Under the pieces are notes generated by a model, which did no database searches, was not told the DNA's origin, and saw only the letters and a list, made by a program, of their open reading frames with translations. Source: Octopus vulgaris (lineage: Eukaryota). Taken from it: a stretch of 64,000 nt of DNA. Positions within the stretch are counted from its first letter, which is position 1, and every line of letters starts with the position of its first letter. This document shows, in pieces, positions 24,661 through 35,010 of this stretch. Location of the stretch: the NCBI GenBank assembly GCA_951406725.2, contig OX597825.1:76136001-76200000 (forward strand). Direction: 5' to 3'. Both the position numbers and the translations under genes were made by a program.

Positions 24661-25588
24661 AGCTTAGTTTTGGCAAATACTTTGCAATGTGTACTTCTTA
24701 AAATGCCCCTATGCCTCTTGTCAGTTATCACCTGTTAATTCCATTTCCCAGTGTAATCCAATAGTACGAGTATACACATGGAACTCCTTTCAGCTTAGGA
24801 TAAATATAATAAAAGCAACAATAAACGTGGATAGAAATCCACAGGTTTCATTAATGTCTCACAACATATGTTTCTACACTGCACACCATCATTAGGTAAC
24901 AATTTTCCATATTCATATCATTTTACTTAAGTTTGCTCTTAATAATTATAAATTCGAATGTTTTCTTAGTTCCAGTGTGGATGCTTCCTCAGCCATTGCA
25001 TTAATAAGTTTCTGCATACCAGATTAACTGACCTTAAGGACACTGCTTTACACCAATCAAATAGCTTCATTCCATTGGTGGATGTGACTTACGACTAACC
25101 ACAGAGAGACAAAAAACAAATAAGTAAAAGAGCCAGACCTCCTAATCAACTGATGGGTGTTGCTTATGAAGAAAAAAACTTTAGGTCATTTCAACATTTT
25201 CCATTCAAAAATAATGAAAAGGACAGAAAGGATAATAGTCATGCAAATTAAGTGCAAAGTCTTCTAGTACATTTCCTGGTTATATTTATCTAGTCTTATT
25301 TAGACTAAAATGGAGATAATGATGATCCATCGGCTGTTATAACATCTTTGTTTTCCTCTTCTCCTCTAGACCAAGGGAAAGTAAATCTTTCAATGACATC
25401 TTTTGACACTTGCTTAAATATTATAGTTTTTTATGTTCTGCAATGCCCTGCTGAGCTAGATTGTATACATATTTTAATTATTACTTGCTGGATTTCCACC
25501 TACAAATCTCTTAAAGAGATGCGCTGTTCATTTTTAGGAATGTACCCTCCCTATTTACTAATACTTTCTGGTTTAGCTGAACTTTATA

Positions 25589-25622
<34 letters not shown>

Positions 25623-25623
<1 letters not shown>

Positions 25624-26650
25624 GCTGGTGACAAAGGGCTTCTTGCTCAGAGTAAAAGGTAGACTTTATGATGCATGTGTACAAACAGCCATGCTACATG
25701 ACAGTGAAACATGGGCTGTGACTGCTGAGGACATGCGTAAGCTTGCAAGGAATGAAGTCAGTATGCTCCAATGGATGTGTAAGGTCAGTGTGCATACTTG
25801 ACAGAGTGTAAGTACCTTGAGAGAAAAACTGGACCTAAGAAGCATCAGATGTGGTGTGCAAGAGAAATGATTGCGCTGGTATGGTCATGTGGTGAAAATG
25901 GATGAGGATAGCTGTGTGAAAGAGTGCCACACACTAGCAGTGGAGGGAATCTGTGGAAGAGGTAGACCCAGGAAAACCTGGGATGAGGTGGTGAAGCATG
26001 ATTTTCGAACATTAGGCTTCACTGAGGCAATGACTAGTGACTGGGATCTTTGGAAATATGCTGTGCTTGAGAAAACCCAGCAAGCCAAGTGAGACCATAA
26101 CCTCATGGCCTATGCCAGTGATGTAACCAGCCCACTTATGAGTACCTTTGCTTCATTGGACACTAAACTCTGCTTGCGAAGACTTGTTGAGGCAAGTGAA
26201 ATCGAAATCGAAATCGAATTCGATGAGTGGCATCCATGCTTGTGGAGCGCTAAGGGCACCATCAGAGTATGATCGTTGCCAGAGCAGCAAACTGGCTTCC
26301 GTGCCGGTGACATGTAAACAGCACCATTTGAGTGTGATCGTCACCAGCGTTGCCTTACTTCCACTTGTGCTGGTGGCATGGGGAAAATATTCGAGCAAGG
26401 TCGTTGCCAGTGCCGCTGGACTGGCTCCTGTGTGGGTGGCACGTAAAAAACACCATTTGAGTGTGGCCGTTGCCAGTACTGCCTAACTGGCCCGCATGAT
26501 GGTGGTATGTAAAAGCACCCACTACACTCTCGGAGTGGTTAGCATTAGGAAGGGCATCCAGCTGTAGAAACTCTGCCAGATCAGATTGGAGCCTGGTGCA
26601 GCCATCTGGTTCGCCAGTCCTCAGTCAAATCATCCAACCCATGCTAGCAT
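25623..26650 (+). mobile_element. RTE-clade LINE 3' fragment with tandem-repeat 3' UTR
   Basis: LYDACVQTAMLHDSETW, RWYGHV and GRGRPRKTW; starts at a (TA)n tract. Confidence 0.9.
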
Positions 26651-27234
26651 TACCTTTGAAATTGGTTTAGATGCCTTTTATCCACAATGTTCCATTATAT
26701 AGTACTCAAGCTTAGAAAGAGATACTGATACTGGTAACTTCACAGATTGAGTAATTCCATATTCCTATTCAGAACTGTACATATTTCGGAGAGTAATTAA
26801 TAACATTGATGATGAAGAGGTGAGTGGATATTCTATTCATGTCCGAAACTTCTTTATTTAAAAGTTTTCTACAGCATATATCTGATCTACATATATTTCG
26901 ACTGCAGTGACTGCACATTGCTTTGTATGCAAATTTGCATTCTAGTAATTGCAATTTCACTAAGGGCCTGTCACTCATGACATTTTCCAAGTGAACTGAT
27001 TCAGACAAGCATCTTGCGTTGGTATTCAGTTGAAGATAATAGTGTTATCAACAAACACACACACACCTACATATATATATATAGCAAATAAGGAAATGGA
27101 GAGAATAAACAATCGACATACATCAGCCAGTAAGCATTCATTATATCTATCTATTAATTGATTACAAACATATGTGTGAGTGATCCAAGTAACCAAATAA
27201 AATAAGCCAATAAATACATAAACAGATATATATA

Positions 27235-27447
27235 TACTCTTTACTCTTATTTGTTTCAGTCATTTGACTGTGGCCATGCTGGAGCACTGCCTTTAGTCAA
27301 GCAAATCGACCCCGGGACTTATTCTTTGTAAGCCGAGTACTTATTCTATCGGTTCTTTTGCCAAACCGCTAAGTGACGGGGACATAAACACACCAGCATT
27401 GGTTGTCAAGCAATGCTAGGGGGACAAACACAGACACACAAACACAT

Positions 27448-27496
<49 letters not shown>

Positions 27497-27659
27497 TACG
27501 ACAGGCTTCTTTCAGTTTCCGTCTACCAAATCCACTCACAAGGCATTGGTCGGCCCGGGGCTATAGCAGAAGACACTTGCCCAAGGTGCCAGGCAGTGGG
27601 ACTGAACCCGGAACCATGTGGTTGGTAAGCAAGCTACTTACCACACAGCCACTCCTGCC
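27235..27659 (-). mobile_element. Full-length SINE family A (tRNA head, CORE-like domain, internal microsatellite, second domain, tail)
   Basis: A-box TGGCTGTGTGG, B-box GGTTCAGTCCC, CCTTGGGCAAGT, and tail GCTCCAGCATGGCCACAGTCAAATGACTGAAACAAATAAGAGTAAAAGAG. Confidence 0.9.
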
Positions 27660-27703
27660 ATATAGAAAGAAATGAATAATAATAGATGAGTGTACAAATA
27701 CTA

Positions 27704-27839
27704 AACTCTTACAGTTATTTCTACCATGAGGCTGCCAAATCTCCCAAGTTATCCTCATCCCGTCAGTGATATACAGGGATGAACAAACATTGGACAGGGA
27801 TTGGACAATAGTTGAGCCCCAAGGCTTCTTCAGAGAGTC
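27704..27839 (-). ncRNA. Type I hammerhead with long stem II
   Basis: gactct-CTGAAGA-A, stem II GCC/GGT, TGGGGCT/AGCCTCA and TCATCCC/GGGATGA, then A-GAAAT-AACT-GTA-agagtt; 6-bp stem I. Confidence 0.75.
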
Positions 27840-28582
27840 CACATGTTAGAAAACTGACATGTGGGAAAGTAAATTAAAATAATAGAGTGAGATGAAATAA
27901 AAATAATGTAATAGAAGGGAATGGTAAGAACTTCATTTTAAGGTGCTATTATAATCCTTGGTATTACATCTTATGGTAAATAAATAAAATCACTCTCAGG
28001 AGAAATTTCCACAGGCTGCAGTTTACATCATGTTTACATTATACTGGGGGAAATAGCGAGGGTAATATGTTGTGTGGTGAGTTTAATGGTATGGGCCATG
28101 TCACAGGGGTCAGAAGTTACAGGCTAACTGCTATTTAATAGATATAGCATTATTAAAGGAGTTGGCAGAAATAACTGAAATTGAATCTGTTAGGGGAGAT
28201 TTAATACATAAGTATATCAATGCAAAAAAGTTAGGTAAAACCTTAGTGCAATGTTACTATTTGTTGCTTATTGACAGAAACCTAATCCTAATACCCCTAA
28301 GTGTAGTAGGGTGAAGTCAAACTCAACCCTACAACTTAATTGGTCAATTCTTGCAGATAATTAGACCCAGATAAGTGAGGAAAACTGCTCTTAGCTATTC
28401 AGACATGTACTTGATATCAAAAATACTGTCTATAATATTTATAAAATGCAGATTCCAGGATAGGTGAATAGAATATAAGTGAGTAACAAAGAGGTAAGGT
28501 GTCAATCCATTACAGCCATTTCCATTGATTCCTTTAATTGTTTAATGAAAGCATTACATCATTAAAAAGAAACCGTTTTGTC

Positions 28583-28755
28583 AGATGTATTCATGAACTT
28601 CAAACATAAAGGACAATTCAACTGATTTAACAAAATATTTGCATTGATTCTGCTACAACCGAATAGTAGCAGAATCAATGTAAATATTTATATTCTGTGG
28701 ATTTGTAACTATGTTAAATCAGTTGAATTCATGTTCGAAGATCATGAATTCATCT
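28583..28755. repeat. Imperfect ~170-bp foldback hairpin
   Basis: Inner arms 28633-28656 and 28666-28689 (24 bp, one G-T pair); further arms AATTCAACTGATTTAACA/TGTTAAATCAGTTGAATT and AGATG.ATTCATGA/TCATGAAT.CATCT. Confidence 0.85.
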
Positions 28756-28768
28756 CTCTCTCTCAATA

Positions 28769-28806
<38 letters not shown>

Positions 28807-30782
28807 CATACATGTAGTGAAAAAGATTTCAGTAAATGTAAGGAGAAAAGGAAGTTGATAATTTGGATGTCTCTTAGGAAAGATGTGTAATAACAAAATA
28901 ACTTTAGTAGTTTAAATGATCTGAAAGAAAAAGAAGTAAAGATAGATATAGAAATTGAAATCTATTTCAAGTTTTTATAATATCTATTTATTTATTTTTG
29001 GTGGAAAGAGCTTTATGATCTTTCAAAGCCACTAAAACTAGTGGAAGAAAGGGAAAAATATTTATTGTTAGACCAGATACCTTGACCAAACTCCTACCAG
29101 CAGAGTGGACTATGCTAGAGGTACTCAAAGACCAAGTGGTGATATTTATTTGCAATAAAGTGGATTATTATTAAAGATACCAAGGGACTAGAGGGTCATG
29201 TTTGCTTGTAATAGAGTGAACTCTGCTAAAGGTACCCCAAAATCATTAAAATGAGAGAAAGGTTTACTCAGAAACAAAAGTGCTCTCTCTGGTGGGTTTA
29301 AACTCAGTTTCTTTCTATGAAATTTTGTCCAAGATTAATCCTCATCAGGTTAGAATAAAGAAATATTTGTACAGGGTACTGCAAAATGAGATTGTACACA
29401 AAACCATATACTTTAAAATAAGCTTCTCGATCACATAGCCATACTTGCCTTCAGACTAAATACTTTAAATAAACTCAAATCTTTATAATCCTTATATGTG
29501 TAATCAAGTCCTTAATTCATTATCAGAGTTTATAATTAGTTTACAGTATTTCATTATGACATAGAAATAAAGCAGAGCTGTCATTGGCAAGTGGATATGA
29601 CCTGGTAACATGTAACATACTTTTGCCATTTGTTTCAGATTTTTATGTATGCACAGGTAAACATAGACACCCTGTGAAACCTCCTGTCCTTAATATAGTG
29701 TAGCAACATGAATGTGACAGCTAGAGAGAAAGAAGTTTGCACCAATGCTACGCTCCAGTGAACTCAGCTGGAAAAAAGTACCAGTTATAAACTTGTACCT
29801 ATTTACATCTGCATAGCCTGGAGTGACATGAAATGAAGCATGAAATGATATAATGCATTTTCCAATCGAGGAATTAAACCTATAAACTTATGATTATTAA
29901 CCCAACATCCTGCTTATTATTAGGTCATGTGATTTTACAATGAAGAAATCATATAATATTGATTTGTTATAATAAAATTAAACTGATTTTAGTTCAATAA
30001 ATTTAAAAGGAAGTTTTTTTAAAGTAATTATTATTTGGAGCAAGGTTTGTAATTTTAGAAACAAAACTATATATATATACTAGTATATGTGTAGTTATAT
30101 TATATATGCTTATGAGAGAGATAGTGAGTTTACAAATGTATGAATTAACACTTTTTTAGTTCTTTCAAATAATTTCTTCCCATAACCTAATAATAATTTA
30201 TGCAAATTTTCTTTAAATTTTTTGTTTTCCTTCTATCTTACTTGCCATAAGTTTTCTTCCCTCTTCCCTTCTTGCCTTTCTTTAAATTCATTTTTTTATA
30301 TTTACAATTTGCCCCTTACTCTCCCCACTCTCTCTCCCTTTTTCTTTTACTTTGTTTTATCTTCCCTTTCTTTCCCCCTTCCTATCTTTCTATACATCTC
30401 CTTCTCTCACAATATCTAGTTTGTTCCAATAATGCCATTTTAAATTCCTAGCGTCCACTGTTTGTATGTAAATATTTTGTGAATGAACAATAATCTGTAT
30501 GTGTTTAAATAAGTGTGTGTATGTGTATACAATTATGTGTTTGGGTCAATCAATGTTTTGGGATGTGTATGCTCTTGTGTATGTATATAATTGTTTGTTT
30601 ATGTGTATAAGTACGTGATTGTAAACATATATTTTAGCGTAAGTATGATTCTATGTCGTTGCTGCAAGAATAAGTAAGAATATATGTGTAGAGATATACA
30701 TGCATATGTTTGCAAGTATATCCCAGCATAAGTATGTATTTATTTGAATATATATGTATGTCTGTTTGCCTGTATGTATATT

Positions 30783-30960
30783 CTTTTACTTGTTTCAATC
30801 ATTTATATATGGCCATTCTGGACCTCAGGACTTGTTCTTTGTAAGTCTAGTACTTATTTTATTGGTCTCTTTTGCTGAACCACTCGGTGATGGGGACATA
30901 AACACACCAGCATCAGTTGTCAAGCGATGCTAGAGGGACAAACAGAGACACAAACAACAA

Positions 30961-30993
<33 letters not shown>

Positions 30994-31160
30994 TATATGA
31001 TGCGCTTCTTTCAGTTTCCATCTACCAAATCCACTCACAAGGCTTTGGTTGGCTTGAAGCTATAGTAGAAGACATTCACCCAAGGTGCCATGCAGTGGGA
31101 CTGAACCCAGAAATATGTGGTTGAGAAGCAAGCTTCTTACCAGTCAGCCACTCCTGTGCC
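30783..31160 (-). mobile_element. SINE family A, degenerate
   Basis: Homologous to 27235-27659. Confidence 0.85.
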
Positions 31161-31319
31161 TTTGTATGTATTTATGTATATGTTTATATATAAAAAGTAT
31201 ATAAAACATATATGAATATAGATATGTATGTATGCATATATATATATATATATATATATATTTGTATATATTTGTATATATTTGTATATATGTATATGTA
31301 TTTGTATATACATGTACCC

Positions 31320-31495
31320 ACTGACTGGCCCCCATGCCAGTGGCACGTAAGAAGCACTATCTGAATCTGATCGATGCCAGAGCTGCCTGGCTGGCTCCTG
31401 TGCTGGTGGCACATAAAAAGCACCTACTACACTCTGGGGGTGACTGGCATTAAGAAGTGCATCCAGCTGTAGAAACATTGCCAGATAAGATTGGT
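31320..31495 (+). mobile_element. RTE 3' UTR fragment
   Basis: GTGGCACGTAAGAAGCAC repeat units and a GCATCCAGCTGTAGAAAC block shared with the RTE UTRs. Confidence 0.75.
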
Positions 31496-31684
31496 GTATG
31501 TGTCTGTATTTTAATGCATGTGTATGTGTTTGTATACATTTGTTTTTGTAAGTATACAGTGTTTATATATACATGTCACATATTTGAGTGGGTGAATGCA
31601 TGTGTGCATATGAATATAAATGCGTTATAATTTATAAAACTTTCTATTTCTGTTAACATGTCTGTTTGTCGAGTTTGTTATAAC

Positions 31685-31769
31685 CTTCCTGACAAGACTG
31701 AATCATCGCTGACCATAATTTATCCTCTCAGACAGTTTTGGAGTGCATCCATCGAAACATATGTAGAAG
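31685..31769 (+). ncRNA. Degenerate type I hammerhead (G8 to A, consistent with CpG decay)
   Basis: cttc-CTGACaA-GA...TC-GAAAC-ATAT-GTA-gaag; palindromic loop III, 4-bp stem I. Confidence 0.65.
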
Positions 31770-32048
31770 ACTTCAAGATATAGTTGGATTAACACCATCC
31801 TGAGCGTTTGTCACCTTATTCAATTTTCCTATTTTCTGCTAAATATGACTTACTATCCTGAAATTAATCCTGGATTTTTCCTATAAATTGTAAACTCTCT
31901 CTATATATATCCTGTTAGAGAATGTTCTGTGATCCTTCAGTGTCACCAGAAATTATGCAAAGAAGTTGTCTTTAAACAGGAAGACCAAGCTCAAATGATT
32001 ACCACACAGTGAATTCTGCAAAATTTCTCCAAGAGCCAGGTGATAGCA

Positions 32049-32276
32049 TTAAACCATTTTCTACCATATTTCTGTTGAAATACACTGCTTTTGTCTATTA
32101 CTTTTGAAAATAATAAAGAATTTAGTAAAATAACTGTGTCGTTATTAAGCTGTTATTTGGAACATAAATTGACATGAAAGTTTGATGTAAGGTTTCCATT
32201 TGGATTATTTTAAAACAGGAAGCTTGTATTATTCAACCAGGTGCAGTTTCAGGTAGTTTAGTATGAAAAAGATTAA
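32049..32276. mobile_element. piggyBac-like MITE, degenerate
   Basis: TTAA at both ends; ACCATTTTCTACC and AGTATGAAAAAGA form an imperfect inverted pair. Confidence 0.45.
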
Positions 32277-32484
32277 ACCAAGAACAGGAGCAGAAATAGA
32301 ATCTACAAAATCTTTATATATGAAATTCCACTCCATAGTCTTTGGTTGACGTGAGACTATTGTACAAGACAATAATCCAAGGTGTCATACAATAGAAACT
32401 GACCTGGAAACAAACTGCTTGATCATACACAGCCATACTCAGTGATTTCATAAATAAATAATAAATATAACAAAAAGAACTTAC

Positions 32485-32539
32485 TTGCAAAATGAAGACA
32501 GATGAAGACAAAAATACACCAACAGGAATTAAGTAACAT
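32485..32539 (-). CDS. Start-codon part of exon 32485-32709; signal peptide MLLNSCWCIFVFICLHFA
   Basis: Acceptor ccttatttttgtctcctttacAG (AG at 32710-32711), ACCACCATG Kozak context, phase-1 donor GCA A|GTAAGT matching the phase-1 acceptor at 20009. Confidence 0.65.
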
Positions 32540-33072
32540 GGTGGTAGATGGAATGAAGTAAATCTTCTTGACAAATACTAATTTTCCTTTTTGTTTTTGT
32601 TTTTTAAGATCTTTTGTAAATGAAGTTGATTGGAATTTCTATATGAAATGTTCTTAGAGATGAGTGTCATTGATTTCTGTACTTTCGTCTGTTTAACTGT
32701 ATTTACAAACTGTAAAGGAGACAAAAATAAGGAATAGTCTTTCATCAGTTAAAATAATACATAATGTTTTGCAATTCTTAGTATTTTGAATGATCGTGTG
32801 TTTAAGGGGGAGGGTGGCACAAAATTACAAGTTCAAAGGAGGTAGAAGGATTTTGAAGAAATGCATCCCAGCTATTGCAATATATTTGGCAGTTATTACA
32901 GATGTTTTAAAATCTGAATAATTGATGCATATACACATAAGATGTGGGTCTGAGACCCAAAGGCAGCCATCAAACTTTTTTATTCAAGGGGTCTGTTAAC
33001 CCAATACTTACATGCTATTATCTATAGCTTTCATCTGCTTTAAGTTTCACCATTCCAAAAAGAAAGTATGTA

Positions 33073-33123
<51 letters not shown>

Positions 33124-33268
33124 TTATATATAGAGGGCATTATACATCCATGCCAGATGGCATTATACATACATGCCACACGCTAAGAGGGACATTTAGT
33201 CATTTCTACTAAAAATATTACTAATCCCACCGAATGCAATTTTTCAAAGTAAGACATTTAAAAAATAT

Positions 33269-33316
33269 AGACCTGTATCACAGTGATTTCATACTTACGT
33301 ATTCATCAGCAGGCCT
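33269..33316 (-). ncRNA. Type I hammerhead ribozyme, intact
   Basis: Exact reverse complement of 33771-33818. Confidence 0.9.
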
Positions 33317-33770
33317 GGATGTATCATACATAAACGACCCTGCCTCGCTTAAGCCGATCAGCTAACTGATCAACATCAACGAAGCACATGGGTGAGTTTA
33401 CATATATTACATCCTGTAAATGTCGGACTTTTACGAATTGCATTTCGGGAAAGGAAAAGTTTTTTCGGAATAAAAATTTAGCAATTAAGGACAACTACTT
33501 AATAAGGAAAACTTAACAAGAAATTGTCAGGTAGATAGCGTGAAAACCTCATAAGAGAAAAAATTTCTTGTTAAGTTTTCCTTATTAAGTAGTTGTCCTT
33601 AATTGCTAAATTTTTATTCCGAAAAAACTTTTCCTTTCCCGAAATGCAATTCGTAAAAGTCCGACATTTACAGGATGTAATATATGTAAAATCACCCATG
33701 TGCTTCGTTGATGTTGATCAGTTAGCTGATCGGCTTAAGCGAGGCAGGGTCGTTTATGTATGATACATCC

Positions 33771-33818
33771 AGGCCTGCTGATGAATACGTAAGTATGAAA
33801 TCACTGTGATACAGGTCT
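33771..33818 (+). ncRNA. Type I hammerhead ribozyme, intact
   Basis: AGGCCTG-CTGATGA-ATAC(GTAA)GTAT-GAA-ATCA(CTG)TGAT-A-CAGGTCT: 7-bp stem I, GNRA-capped stem II, 4-bp stem III, predicted AUA cleavage after 33811. Confidence 0.92.
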
Positions 33819-34156
33819 ATATTTTTTAAATGTCTTACTTTGAAAAATTACATTCGGTGGGATTAGTAATATTTTTGGTAGAAATGACTAAATGTCCCTC
33901 TTAGCGTGTGGCATGTATGTATAATGCCATCTGGCATGGATGTATAATGCCCTCTATATATAAATTAATATGTTCAATAAGAAATAATTATTTTCGAAAT
34001 TTTTTCTCTTATGAGGTTTTCACGCTATCTACCTGACAATTTCTTGTTAAGTTTTCCTTATTAAGTAGTTGTCCTTAATTGCTAAATTTTTATTCCGAAA
34101 AAACTTTTCCTTTCCCGAAATGCAATTCGTAAAAGTCCGACATTTACAGGATGTAA

Positions 34157-34188
<32 letters not shown>

Positions 34189-34189
34189 C

Positions 34190-34720
34190 TTCCTCCCACC
34201 CAACTCTTCTCTCTTGCTCCGACTCCTACATCTCTTTACTCCTACTTCTCTTCACTCCTACTTCTCTTTCCCTCTTCTCTCTTACTCTCTTTCTCTCTTT
34301 CTCTTTCTTTCTTCTCTCCTCCTCTCTTTCCTCACATACCCACCTTCTCCTCCCCCATAAGCCCACCCCTACACATTCCTACTCCACCTTCCCTATCCTT
34401 CCCATCCCTCCATCCTATCCCACACACCCTCTCCCACATACCCGACCTCTACCCCCACCCCTGCCTACCCACAAACCCCAACTCTACCCCAACCCTCAGC
34501 CGAACCCACACCCCTCCCGTGCTTTCACCACTCTCGCCTCTCCCACCTCCCAACAACATCACACCACACCACACTACACCATACAACATTACACATCACA
34601 TCACAACACGCCACCCACACACCCATCCCCACATTTTCACACCTACACGTACATACACGCACACGTCCAGACCACCAGCCTTCTTTCACACGCACATACA
34701 TACTCTCTTATACACACACG
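34190..34720. repeat. CT-rich then CA-rich low-complexity tract
   Basis: Almost G-free plus strand; source of the spurious 278-aa ORF. Confidence 0.85.
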
Positions 34721-34829
34721 CACCTTTGTGCTGGGGGGGGGGGGGTCATCTTTACTTTGTTATCTCCCCTACTTCTTCCCTCTCATGTGTGACCCTTCTG
34801 TCCGAAGTCAGTCGCCAAGATAGATCATT

Positions 34830-35000
34830 AGCCACTACACACATTTTTTTCTCTCCTTGTTTTTCTGTGTTCCTTTCTGTAGAAGAGCGTAGGCTCGAAA
34901 CATGAAAGACTTTTTCTATTCCTGAGCGTTATACTAATACATCTGTTTGTTTTGTACACCACTTGTCTTCGTCTTTTGTTTTTTTCATAAATTCTCCCTA
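34830..35000 (+). mobile_element. Family C repeat with minimal hammerhead-like motif at 34873-34908 (duplicate at 43744-43779)
   Basis: cttt-CTGTAGA-A-GAGC(GTAG)GCTC-GAAACATG-aaag. Confidence 0.7.
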
Positions 35001-35010
35001 TATATATATA

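Larger units (their letters stand above)
33121..34164. mobile_element. Retrozyme-like / non-autonomous PLE insertion: 476-bp unit in inverted plus tandem arrangement, within (TA)n
   Basis: Inverted arms 33121-33525 and 33562-33966 (405 bp, 3 mismatches seen). 33562-33688 recurs at 34038-34164 (period 476). 33996-34164 is also the reverse complement of 33399-33567. Confidence 0.85.

Noticed and set aside
26170-26225. Hammerhead-like TGTTGAGGCAAGTGAAATC in RTE 3' UTRs
   Set aside because: No stem I or II can be formed; better explained as a GCTTGC/GCAAGT hairpin followed by (GAAATC)n.
26769-27045. 79-aa ORF with CLSESVHLENV, reminiscent of a Bel/Pao integrase motif
   Set aside because: Only one short motif; no SDNG/DDE context or LTRs, and no convincing splice sites.
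32314-32484. Possible 81-nt intron (32404-32484) and adjacent exon
   Set aside because: Splicing there gives a stop after ~15 codons in the signal-peptide frame; the 20009 acceptor fits better. A minor isoform is not excluded.
32715-32752. Minus-strand CTGATGA with AGAC/GTCT pairing
   Set aside because: No GAAA follows; the region is the polypyrimidine tract of the exon acceptor.
34069-34905. 278-aa ORF, the longest in the track
   Set aside because: Runs across (TA)n and C-rich low-complexity DNA that lacks stop codons by composition; no domain.
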